64,000 nt of DNA from Candidatus Bathyarchaeia archaeon (GCA_050010755.1 JBEKKK010000004.1:96001-160000); one strand, 5' to 3'. Numbered from the stretch's first letter, positions 28,078-36,981 are shown. Numbers and translations are program-made. The notes: generated by a model from the letters alone, not told the origin.

Positions 28078-28601
28078 AGGTGATTGCCATCGGTGTAGTG
28101 GGCGGAAAAAAAACAGGAAAGACCACTACTATTGAGATTTTAACGAGGGAACTCACAAAGAGAGGCTACAAGATTGCAGTGGCCAAACACATTCCGGAGC
28201 CTAATTTTACGCTGGATACAGAACGGAAGGATACATGGCGCTTCGTTCAATCAGGTGCCAAGACGGTGGTCGCCGCATCGGCAGGCGAGATAGCAACCAT
28301 AGAGAAGACTCGCGCAAACCTCTCCCTGAAAGAGATTCTTAAGAGATGTAGAGGCAACGACATAGTTTTCCTAGAAGGCTTCAGAAAACTCTTGGCTGAG
28401 AACAGAAACATACACAAGATTGTCGTTGCAGAATCCGCCCGAGATATCAAAGAAGCGAGTGAGATGTTTATGCCCGTACTGGTCTTCACAGGACCCTACT
28501 CGCCCGAGGAACCTCACCCTGAAATCCCGTTCATAGACGTACTTAAACATGGCGAAGAAATAGCTGATCTCGTGGAAAAAATAGTCGGAAAAAAGGGGTA
28601 A
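28074..28601 (+). CDS. mobB: Molybdopterin-guanine dinucleotide biosynthesis protein B
   Basis: P-loop GGKKTGKTT, L..RGYKIAVAKH, D...KDTWRF...GA, DIVFLEGFR. Confidence 0.88.
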   Translation: MKVIAIGVVGGKKTGKTTTIEILTRELTKRGYKIAVAKHIPEPNFTLDTERKDTWRFVQSGAKTVVAASAGEIATIEKTRANLSLKEILKRCRGNDIVFLEGFRKLLAENRNIHKIVVAESARDIKEASEMFMPVLVFTGPYSPEEPHPEIPFIDVLKHGEEIADLVEKIVGKKG

Positions 28602-28732
28602 CATGAGTCATGTTGACGCTAGGCTGTGGGGCTTGGAGATATTATCTGAGGGGAGATGGGAGAAAGGAGATATTCCTAAAACGTAAGGTAACTCTCCAAA
28701 CCTTTCCACCCTGCGTTTCAACATGCTCCTGT
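28601..28732. repeat. Long imperfect inverted repeat (bulged hairpin) between convergent mobB and cdvC
   Basis: CATGTTGA(28609)/TCAACATG(28718), CGC/GCG, AGG/CCT, GTGG/CCAC, TTGGAGA/TCTCCAA, nested in order. Confidence 0.7.
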
Positions 28733-28754
28733 CACGCGACTTGTATTCATCCTC

Positions 28755-29933
28755 CTAGAGCGCTTTGAAGGCTTCAAACCATCTGTTGTAGAGCGCCAGC
28801 ATGTCGAGAGACACACTGGGTTTTCTGTCTTCCAGTATCTGTCTGAAGTCGTCCATCGTTAGAGGTCTCGGTTTGGCCTGTTTGTCTTCTGCCTTTCCGG
28901 ACTCGAAGAATTCGCCTATGAGTTTCAGTTGTGCCGATTGGTTGACGTCTCTGATGTCGCTTCCTGAAAATCCTTCTGAAAGCCGTGCTAGCTCGTGCAA
29001 GTCGACGTCAGGCGCCAGCTGTAAGTTGGTCGTGTAGAGTTTGAACATCATCAATCGTGTGTGATGGTCTGGAAGAGGTACGAGAATGCGTTTCTGGAAC
29101 CTCCTTATAAATGCCCAGTCCAAGTCCCAAGGCTTGTTCGTGGCACCGATAACGTAGACGTGCAGGTTCTTGCCCTTGTCCATGATTCCGTCCATCTCTT
29201 TCAAAAACTGGTTCCTTACCCTGATTTCGCCGCCGACTTCGTTCGCGTGTTTGCCCATCATCGAGTCTAATTCGTCGATGAACACTATTGATGGCTTGCC
29301 TTCCAAAGCCGATTTCCTGACCGAGCCGAAGAGTTTGGCCACGTTCTGTTCACCCTCACCGAGCCACTTGGACATCACCGTAGCAGCGTCGATAGACAGA
29401 AAGTTTGCGTCAATCTCTGTGGCGACCGCAGCGGCCAGTAACGTTTTGCCGCAGCCTGGCGGTCCGAACAGCAAGATTCCTCTCGGCCATCCAAGCGGGA
29501 AAAGATCTGGCCTCTGAACCGGGTACACTATAGCCTCTTTCACGGCTTTCTTGGCGGGGTCAAGCCCGACGACTCCGTCCCATTTCACGTTCGGTTTTTC
29601 TATCATTATGAGTTCTTCGTAGGTTGATTTTCCGCCCTCGGTCTTTGTTTCGCCGTCAGCGCCGTTGCATTTGGTTTCGGGCCTCGGCTCGAAGGATGTG
29701 ACGGCGCCCTGTATTGCTTTGATTCGTTCTTGGTAGGCGATTGCTCTTTGTATGTAAACCTTGTTCAGACTGTATTCTGGGTAGAGTTGAACGAGTTGCA
29801 GGAGGCTTTCTATGGCTTTTTGGTACATGGTTATGGCCATGCCTTTCGCCCCCTGCTTATCGAGGCGAACTGCCTCTAGGGCGAAGTTCGTCGCGGACTT
29901 CTCAAGCTCTTGAGACGCGCTCATAACTTTCAT
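28755..29933 (-). CDS. cdvC: Vps4-like AAA+ ATPase CdvC (MIT + AAA)
   Basis: N-terminal MIT (A..AVRLDKQG..AI.MYQKAIE.L), GWPRGILLFGPPGCGKT, MSKWLGEGE, FIDELD, GATNKPW.LD..FIRRFQKRI. Start 29933 (ATGA overlap) or 29924. Confidence 0.95.
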   Translation of the reverse strand: MKVMSASQELEKSATNFALEAVRLDKQGAKGMAITMYQKAIESLLQLVQLYPEYSLNKVYIQRAIAYQERIKAIQGAVTSFEPRPETKCNGADGETKTEGGKSTYEELIMIEKPNVKWDGVVGLDPAKKAVKEAIVYPVQRPDLFPLGWPRGILLFGPPGCGKTLLAAAVATEIDANFLSIDAATVMSKWLGEGEQNVAKLFGSVRKSALEGKPSIVFIDELDSMMGKHANEVGGEIRVRNQFLKEMDGIMDKGKNLHVYVIGATNKPWDLDWAFIRRFQKRILVPLPDHHTRLMMFKLYTTNLQLAPDVDLHELARLSEGFSGSDIRDVNQSAQLKLIGEFFESGKAEDKQAKPRPLTMDDFRQILEDRKPSVSLDMLALYNRWFEAFKAL

Positions 29934-30829
29934 TCTCCAGTTTTCAATTCGATTTTTATTTTTCCTTTTGACCCTAGACTTTCTAGGGCTTTCTCGATAT
30001 CCTCGTTCGAGGTTTCCAAGTCAACTGAGCAACGTTCCATATCGATTTGACCGTTGCTCTTCTTGACGTATTCGAGAATGGCATCCTCCAATTGAGGATT
30101 TTCGAGTTTCAAGGAGATTTCCTTGATTTCGGATTTCTTATAAGAAATGAGGGTTTGGGAAGAATCTCTTCCGGATTCTTCCGAGGTTTTGCTTATCTTC
30201 TTTTCTGAAGAGTTAGACGATAACGCAAGCATTTCTTCCAACGTGGCCCGCTCATTTTCCTGGATTTTCTGAGTAACGGGTGGTTCGGGCAGGTTTTGGG
30301 AGATTCTTTGTTCCAGAAAGCTTGAGACTTGGCTTAGCACTTCTTCGCCGCCTGGCGTCTTTCGGTCTACAGGAATGACTGATTCATCAGCTGTTATCTT
30401 TGCTGAATAGAGCGTTTCGCTTATGGTGTCGTTGACTCTGCTCAGTTCGGATGAAACGTCTGGCAAGAATTGAAAGAGCTCTTGTGATACATTCTGGAGA
30501 AGCTTCAGAGCGGGTTTTAGATCGATTACTATATCGCTCAGTTCCTTAATTGTCTCGAGTCTGAGGATTACTCGCTCGATGGCCAGCTCTACGCTGTGAA
30601 GAAAGCTGATGATCTTGCGAATTTCGGCGATTTCGTTAGCGTAGATTGCCGCACGATCTTTGTTCTTTGCCGTGACAGCTCCGACGCATGTTTGGAAAAG
30701 GATTTTATCTTTTTCTTTAAGTCTGTAACCAGCCTGTTGAAGTTTGCACTGTTGGACTCTGAGAACTCGTATTGATTTGAATGCTGTTTCACGAAGAGGT
30801 GGAGGGCTCGAACGGAAAAATCCTTTGAT
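29930..30829 (-). CDS. cdvB: ESCRT-III protein CdvB with C-terminal winged helix (apparent ATC start)
   Basis: Frame stays open upstream of the ORF-track start 30466: (I)KGFFRSSPPPLRE...KDKILFQTCV.A...DRAAIYANEIAEIRK...LAIERVILRLETI (Snf7 core). C-terminal wH ILEYVKKSNGQID...LESL..KGKIKI. Confidence 0.88.
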   Translation of the reverse strand: MKGFFRSSPPPLRETAFKSIRVLRVQQCKLQQAGYRLKEKDKILFQTCVGAVTAKNKDRAAIYANEIAEIRKIISFLHSVELAIERVILRLETIKELSDIVIDLKPALKLLQNVSQELFQFLPDVSSELSRVNDTISETLYSAKITADESVIPVDRKTPGGEEVLSQVSSFLEQRISQNLPEPPVTQKIQENERATLEEMLALSSNSSEKKISKTSEESGRDSSQTLISYKKSEIKEISLKLENPQLEDAILEYVKKSNGQIDMERCSVDLETSNEDIEKALESLGSKGKIKIELKTGE

Positions 30830-30863
30830 GACCCTTCCCTCCGCCCGCTATTCTCGTTCCAGT

Positions 30864-31586
30864 CTATATTCCGGTTTTTCCGATTTCCTTCACGTAAACG
30901 ACTACTGGCGGTTCTGGAAGCTCCGACTCAAGCGGTTTTGGTGGCTCAGGGATCCTGTTCTTCGCCTGTTCAACAGATCTGGAAGAGTCTCCTAGCAGGA
31001 TGCTGGATAGCTTGCTTGTCGTTAGCTCCAAGTCGGTTTTTTTCATGTGAACTCGCTTGATGTTTTCTTGAATCAGTGAAAAAGCGGTCTCGTAGTATTG
31101 GATGTCAACTTTTCCTATCTCGTGTTCGATTTCAAGGTTAACTAGGGCATAGTTTAGTGCCTTTGCCTCCTCGTTACATTCTGAGATTTCGTCGTCTATT
31201 TCTTCTCTCAGAGTCTCTGCTTCGCTCTTGAGCTGAGTGAGAGCGCCATCGAAGGTGCTGTGAAGCTCTGCGTAGAATTCTTTTGGTATTTTCTTTTTCT
31301 CAGAGAGGTCTTTGAGCGCTTGGTCCTTGCGCCAAATGAGGGGAATCTGATCGCTAAGTATGCTTGCTTGAGCCTTTATGTTGGAGATGAGGGTTACCTC
31401 AGAACCGTTGAACCTGATGTTATCTGAACATCGCTTTAGAAATCTTCCATCGCCCAACGCTATGAAGACGCCGTCGAATTTTCCACTCGGGGTCACTGCA
31501 AAAGAGGCTATCTTACCTATCGGACGTCCGTACTCGTCGTTGATTTGTTTTCCTACAGAAAGAAAAAGGTTGGGGTTTTGTGACAT
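30864..31586 (-). CDS. cdvA: Cell division protein CdvA (PRC barrel + coiled coil)
   Basis: GKQINDEYGRPIG PRC barrel, coiled coil, LEIEHEIGKV, C-terminal LPEPPVVVYV CdvB-binding strand. Located between two ESCRT-III genes. Confidence 0.88.
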   Translation of the reverse strand: MSQNPNLFLSVGKQINDEYGRPIGKIASFAVTPSGKFDGVFIALGDGRFLKRCSDNIRFNGSEVTLISNIKAQASILSDQIPLIWRKDQALKDLSEKKKIPKEFYAELHSTFDGALTQLKSEAETLREEIDDEISECNEEAKALNYALVNLEIEHEIGKVDIQYYETAFSLIQENIKRVHMKKTDLELTTSKLSSILLGDSSRSVEQAKNRIPEPPKPLESELPEPPVVVYVKEIGKTGI

Positions 31587-31604
31587 CTTTTTCATCCCCT
31601 ATGT

Positions 31605-32276
31605 TTACGAAGTCTCGGTTGACGATTTTTCGCTTACAGGGGCCGTTGGTAGTCCCGGTATTCCTGGTGGCAGATCTGGGAACTTCTCTTTGACTCTCTG
31701 TTCTGCGACTGTTGCTGCTTCTGTGAGAATTTTGCCTGCATCTTCGTTCACGTTGTCGAAGTTCAACGTCATTCCAGAGCCTGTTCCTGCTTCCATCATT
31801 ATTCCGCTCAGCATGTTGCCGATTTCGCCTAGTTCGCTCTCTGCTTCGGGGAAAACGCTAACTAATCCTGCTCTGACCGATCTCAAGACTCCGACTGCGG
31901 GGCCTAACGTTGAGACTACGTCTCCGAGTTCTGATACGGTGCGTAATCTTAACACGATCTGTTCGAGTGCAAGCCTTGCGTTTATGATAAGTTTCTCCAT
32001 CTTGCGAATCTCTGCCAGCTCGTTTGCAAAGACGTTTGCTCGGGCTGTGTCATGCTTCGTGTAGGCGTCAACTATTCTTGCGAATATCGTCTTGTCTCTT
32101 TGGCCGAATCTGTCAGTGGCTTGATCCAATTTCTGAACCTGCAATTCGATTCGTCGAACAGCAAAGTCTAGGCGGGGCTTCAATGGGCCAGGTGGTTTGA
32201 CTGCTTCTTTGACACGGTTTGTGAGGGGCTGTTCTTCTCTTCTCGTTTCCCATTTTTTGCTAAATCTTTCTGACAA
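31605..32276 (-). CDS. ESCRT-III paralog CdvB1/2 (Snf7 family)
   Basis: RANVFANELAEIRK...LALEQIVLRL.TVSELGD...LGPA; C-terminal KFPDLP MIM2-like motif. TTG start 32276 after GGAGGT SD. Confidence 0.92.
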   Translation of the reverse strand: MSERFSKKWETRREEQPLTNRVKEAVKPPGPLKPRLDFAVRRIELQVQKLDQATDRFGQRDKTIFARIVDAYTKHDTARANVFANELAEIRKMEKLIINARLALEQIVLRLRTVSELGDVVSTLGPAVGVLRSVRAGLVSVFPEAESELGEIGNMLSGIMMEAGTGSGMTLNFDNVNEDAGKILTEAATVAEQRVKEKFPDLPPGIPGLPTAPVSEKSSTETS

Positions 32277-32504
32277 GTTAATTACCTCCAGAGACAAAAG
32301 GTCGCGAGGAAGAATCTTATACATTGTTAACATGGCAAAAACATGCTTGTATATATGTGGAGCTATATGTCCCAGCGGAAACAGTTTTGGCCTTTAATTT
32401 TCCAACTAAAAGAGCATGTTGGTGGTTTTCCAAGAATAGACAAAAACGTGTAAGTTAGACTAAAAAGAGGCTTGAATTAATTCCTATCCAAAAAGGTGAA
32501 TGAA

Positions 32505-32720
32505 GTGGGTGAAAGATTAAAAATTTTCGTCTTCGTGGCGATCTTGGGATTCTTCGGTGGAATGATTGCAGACTTAGCAGGAACTTACGCGGTTCCATGG
32601 CTCGCAACTGTCTTGCCAGCGGTTCTCAGCGCACAATACCTGTTGGCGGGACTTGCCGGAGCTTGTCTAACACTGGTGCTAGTAAGCGTTTGGGCCTACA
32701 TTACACCGCAAGAACATTAG
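32505..32720 (+). CDS. Small two-TM Gly/Ala-rich membrane protein
   Basis: AGGTGA SD then GTG; two hydrophobic helices; T-rich tract after the stop. Divergent from the cdv operon. Confidence 0.65.
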   Translation: MGERLKIFVFVAILGFFGGMIADLAGTYAVPWLATVLPAVLSAQYLLAGLAGACLTLVLVSVWAYITPQEH

Positions 32721-33150
32721 CCTCTTCTCCTTCTCCTTTTTCTTTGTTCGCCCAGCAAAGTTTGGTGCTATAACTCTTCTCCTAGAATAAGGCCTCGGCT
32801 AACAGCAACTCTTATGGCTTTTTTTGGACTCAGCAGCGGAAAAAGCGATCATTCGCCAACAGCGTCTCCGTACCTCGATGACCTCATCGTCCAAGCAATG
32901 TTACTCGAGAGACGATTTCAAGGTTTTGGTCCATTGGCTGTAGCTTTCAAAACCCGCGTTAAACATGTTCAAACAATACGTCTTTTTGGCGGGCTATCGA
33001 TCCTTCAAGAATGCCCAGACCAGTAATGCATTTTGAGATGGCATTGTTGATAAGTCACGCGATTCCAGGTACTATAGAGAACAACTCCATAAAGCATTAA
33101 TCTTGGCATGAGAAGAGAGAAGATGGGTAGTTAAGAGGAGAGAAGGCAGA

Positions 33151-35841
33151 ATGAACGAGAAGAGAGTTTTGTCGATATCTTTGTTCTTCGTGCTGGTCGC
33201 AGGTTTGTTCCTCGCTGCCAGTCTTTTTGGTTCGGGGCAGGCCAAAGCGTCCCCGCTGGTAGAAATAACATTCAATCAAACAGGCGTGAAATCAGATTTT
33301 ACAGGCATCATTCTGACAGTTGATGGCAACAACTACAATTGGTCACACCTTCCTGTCTCATTCTGGTGGTGCCCTGGCTCAACCCACTATTTTGCCTATC
33401 AATCGCCCTTGGTGGTCAGGCCGAATGCCAAACGATATCTTTGGACCTGTACAAATGGGCTGTCAACGCATCAGAACGGTTCGATAACGGTTTGTACCTC
33501 AGGAAACGTGACAGGCAACTACAAAACTCAATACTACCTCACAGTCACTTCTGCTCACGATTCCCCGACTCCGACGAGCGGCTGGTTTGACTGTGGGTCC
33601 AAGATTAAAGCTCTCGTCACATCTCCGGTGTCCGGCGGCTCAGGCACTCAGTACGTCTGCACGGGTTGGACAGGCACGGGAAGCGTCCCTGGTTCAGGTT
33701 CGACGACCACCGTCACATTCACGATTGTCGCGCCATCAAGCATCACTTGGAACTGGAAGACCCAGTACCAAGTAAACTTCAGCCAAACAGGCGTCGGCAT
33801 AGACTTCACAGGAACGGTTTTCACCGTCGATGGCACCAACTACACAAGAAGTGATTCGCCAGTGTTCTGGTGGGACAGCGGCTCAACCCACACTTTCATG
33901 TTCCAGTCACCATTGGTTGTTCCTCCTGGTGTCGAGCAGGACGTTTGGACAGGCACAATTGGCTTGTCTTCGATGCAGGGTGGGTCCATAATTGTAACAT
34001 CTAGCGGAAGTATCGTGGGAAACTATGAGACTCAGGACTACTTGACCCTGGATTCGAATCCATCGGGCGTTGGCAATCAGACGGGCGGAGGATGGTATGG
34101 TACAGGCAGTTCAGCTCTGATATCGACTGACCAGCAAGTAATCATCATATCCGGCGAGTCACAGTACAAATTTACCGGCTGGACGACCAACAACATGGCC
34201 GAGATAACTGACCCGACGTCAGCGTCAACAACGGTTTTGGTGGACGAACCGAAAACGGTCACCGCAAATTATGCAATACAGTATGCAGTCACCTTCGGCC
34301 AAACAGGCGTGGGCGCAGACTTCACGGGAACGGTTTTCACCGTTGATGGCGCCAACCACATATTCAGTGACTCGCCAACATTCTGGTGGGACAACGGCTC
34401 ATCGCACACCTTCGCATTCGACTCGCCACTCGTGGTCGCTGCCAATTCTGAACAGTACCTCTGGACAAACACTAGCGGCTTATCGACGCTTCAAAATGGC
34501 TCGTTAACGGTTGCCAGCTCAGGAAACGTGACGGGCAACTACAAGACCCAATATTATCTCACGGTAGCCTCGCTATATGATTCTCCAAGTCCGACGAGCG
34601 GCTGGTTTGACGCTGGATCGAACATCAACGCCGACGTCACGTCCCCGGTATCCGGCGGCCCGGGCACCCAATACGTCTGCACGGGTTGGACAGGCACGGG
34701 AAGCGTGCCAGGTTCCGGTTCGACGACCACCGTCACATTCACGATTGTCGCGCCGTCGAACATCACTTGGAACTGGAAGATCCAATACCAAGTAAATTTC
34801 AGCCAGACAGGCGTAGGCACAGACTTCACTGGGAATGTGGTTAATGTTGACGGCGTGAACTACACTTTGAGCAGTCTTCCGGTTTCTTTCTGGTGGGATC
34901 AAGGTTCCAGTCACAGTTTCGTGTTTGGCTCGCCGTTGGAGGTGAATGCCAGCGAACAGTATGTTTGGAATTCGACATCTGGTTTGTCGACGCTCCAAAG
35001 CGGTAGTCTGACCGTGACGGCTTCTGGAAACGTTGATGGAAACTATATGGTTCAGTATCAAGTTACCTTTGACCAGGTGGGGGTAGGTTCTGATTTTGTG
35101 GGCAGCGTGGTGTTGATCGACGGCGTCAATTATTCGAGGACGCAGTTGCCAGCGCCATTTTGGTACGACGGCGGTTCAACCCACAGTTTTGCATTTCAGA
35201 CACCGCTTGTCGGCGGCACTGCGACGTACGATTGGAATTCGACAACGGGCTTGTCAACGTTGCAGTCGGCGTCGATTAATGTGGCTGGCCCTGGAAACGT
35301 GACAGGGTTCTACGCAACCAGTCTGCAAGGTGTTGTCGTGACAAACACGACTGCGCCGAGTTGGACCTATCAGGATATACTCGTGATTCCGCATGATTGC
35401 GTTAACATCAGCGTTTCGGTGCAGAACACGGGAGCCTCCGCGGAGGAGGTTTGGGTCACACTCTTTTATGATATAGCGGCCAACAAGACTGTAGGCGCGT
35501 ACCCTGTGCTGCTGGAGAGTGGCGAAAACTATACGCTTATCTTCGTTTGGAACACTGCATGGGTACCGTGCGGCAACTATACGCTGACGGCAGTGGTTGC
35601 GACGCCCACGAGCTCGAACACTTTTACAGTCGGCAACATTGTCGTCAGAATTGTGGGAGACGTGAACAGCGATGGTAGAGTCGACGTGAAAGACATCGCG
35701 CTCGTGGCCCGCGCCTTCGGCTCCAAACCTGGCAGCATAAACTGGAACCCGGCAGCGGATGTTAACGGCGACGGCGTGGTCAACATGAAAGACATAGCCC
35801 TAATAGCTAGGTACTTCGGCAGGCAGACGAAGGCGTACTAG
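33151..35841 (+). CDS. Secreted repeat-rich surface glycoprotein with CARDB-like and C-terminal dockerin-like domains
   Basis: Signal peptide; tandem Ig-like repeats (F.QTGVG.DFTG.V..VDG.NY...FWWD.GS.H.F.F.SPL; YLTV.S..DSP.PTSGWFD.GS); dockerin GDVNSDGRVDVKD...ADVNGDGVVNMKD. Confidence 0.82.
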   Translation: MNEKRVLSISLFFVLVAGLFLAASLFGSGQAKASPLVEITFNQTGVKSDFTGIILTVDGNNYNWSHLPVSFWWCPGSTHYFAYQSPLVVRPNAKRYLWTCTNGLSTHQNGSITVCTSGNVTGNYKTQYYLTVTSAHDSPTPTSGWFDCGSKIKALVTSPVSGGSGTQYVCTGWTGTGSVPGSGSTTTVTFTIVAPSSITWNWKTQYQVNFSQTGVGIDFTGTVFTVDGTNYTRSDSPVFWWDSGSTHTFMFQSPLVVPPGVEQDVWTGTIGLSSMQGGSIIVTSSGSIVGNYETQDYLTLDSNPSGVGNQTGGGWYGTGSSALISTDQQVIIISGESQYKFTGWTTNNMAEITDPTSASTTVLVDEPKTVTANYAIQYAVTFGQTGVGADFTGTVFTVDGANHIFSDSPTFWWDNGSSHTFAFDSPLVVAANSEQYLWTNTSGLSTLQNGSLTVASSGNVTGNYKTQYYLTVASLYDSPSPTSGWFDAGSNINADVTSPVSGGPGTQYVCTGWTGTGSVPGSGSTTTVTFTIVAPSNITWNWKIQYQVNFSQTGVGTDFTGNVVNVDGVNYTLSSLPVSFWWDQGSSHSFVFGSPLEVNASEQYVWNSTSGLSTLQSGSLTVTASGNVDGNYMVQYQVTFDQVGVGSDFVGSVVLIDGVNYSRTQLPAPFWYDGGSTHSFAFQTPLVGGTATYDWNSTTGLSTLQSASINVAGPGNVTGFYATSLQGVVVTNTTAPSWTYQDILVIPHDCVNISVSVQNTGASAEEVWVTLFYDIAANKTVGAYPVLLESGENYTLIFVWNTAWVPCGNYTLTAVVATPTSSNTFTVGNIVVRIVGDVNSDGRVDVKDIALVARAFGSKPGSINWNPAADVNGDGVVNMKDIALIARYFGRQTKAY
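33501..34833 (+). repeat. Intragenic direct repeat, about 310 bp copies at 33501-33813 and 34521-34833 (period 1020 bp)
   Basis: Near-identical DNA, e.g. TACGTCTGCACGGGTTGGACAGGCACGGGAAGCGT and GGTTCGACGACCACCGTCACATTCACGATTGTCGCGCC in both copies. Confidence 0.9.
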
Positions 35842-35947
35842 AGCGTATGGACCCTTTCCATGATTCTAACTGCAATATTTAGCGTGTGAATTAAAAAATC
35901 ATATAAGCTTTGACTTCTGAATAGCTAGTTGACTAGTTTAGTGGATT

Positions 35948-36880
35948 GTGAGAAAATTGAAAGGAAAGGTTATAACTGTTGCGATCTTGTGTGCCTTGGT
36001 TCTTGTTCTGGCCGCGAACACGTTTCCTGCTCGTGCTGCCATTACAAACTGGAATTGGATCGGCGCGATAACAAAGGGAGGTATTGATGATTTCTATGGA
36101 GAGCCCATAATCGCGTACGAAGAGAACACTACAGCCGTGTTCGTCATAAGTGTTTACAACGATTATGCATTTGCTGATCAGATTAATGTGTCCGCTGTAA
36201 AGGTGGATTTTGATTGGGGGCAGAATTACACGTCGGCTGAATGCAATCTTACGAACCCGTTTGTTATACCTCAGGGTCAATCGCACCTTTTCACGATAAC
36301 TTTTACTGTTCCTTCTGTTTTGGTTGCAAGCAACTACGTACTGCACGGTTACACTGCTTACGTTGAGCAGGTGAACAGTACCAGTGCGCCTCAACAATTG
36401 GTGCTTCCAACTTGGACACAGAGCGGAACCGGTTTTGCAGTATTTTCGTCAGATCAGGCAGACGCCTTCACGTACCGAGAGCAGATTAATGCTTACCCAT
36501 CTACGACGACGATAGGCGGTTTGCCTTTCTTGACTGCTCAAGCAAGAGAATTGATTGTGCAGTCAAGTGCCGCTAAGACTTTAGCAGACAACTATTACAT
36601 TCAAGGAGACTTCAGCGATGCCAAGCAATACTATGGAAAATCGCTCAATTACCTTCAGGACGCATTCTCAAACGAAACACAACAGTGGACTTCGATTGAG
36701 AATTCATTGACCAACCTGATTAACGACGGCGGCAACCTGCTCATGTTCCAAGGATATGCTTGGCTCCTGTTCGGATTCGGTTTTCTATTGATGGGCATCG
36801 GAGTTCTCATTTACCTCGCAAGAAAAAGAGTGCAGTTCAGAACCGAAATGCCGGCACCGACAACCAACCAAAAACCATGA
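35948..36880 (+). CDS. Membrane-anchored secreted protein (signal peptide, beta-sandwich, helical bundle, C-terminal TM)
   Basis: N-terminal h-region ending PARA; N-glycosylation sequons; TM WLLFGFGFLLMGIGVLIYL followed by RKR. Confidence 0.75.
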   Translation: MRKLKGKVITVAILCALVLVLAANTFPARAAITNWNWIGAITKGGIDDFYGEPIIAYEENTTAVFVISVYNDYAFADQINVSAVKVDFDWGQNYTSAECNLTNPFVIPQGQSHLFTITFTVPSVLVASNYVLHGYTAYVEQVNSTSAPQQLVLPTWTQSGTGFAVFSSDQADAFTYREQINAYPSTTTIGGLPFLTAQARELIVQSSAAKTLADNYYIQGDFSDAKQYYGKSLNYLQDAFSNETQQWTSIENSLTNLINDGGNLLMFQGYAWLLFGFGFLLMGIGVLIYLARKRVQFRTEMPAPTTNQKP

Positions 36881-36981
36881 TCCCCCATTTTTCTTTTACA
36901 AACCTAGCGCGCGCGAACTTCATTTTTGATTAATTTCGCAACAAGCACGCGTACTGCTTTGGACCGGCTAAGGGCTTTTTC

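Noticed and set aside
29930-30850. Truncated or pseudogenised cdvB
   Set aside because: The Snf7 core is intact and in frame with the winged-helix C-terminus, with no stops or frameshifts.
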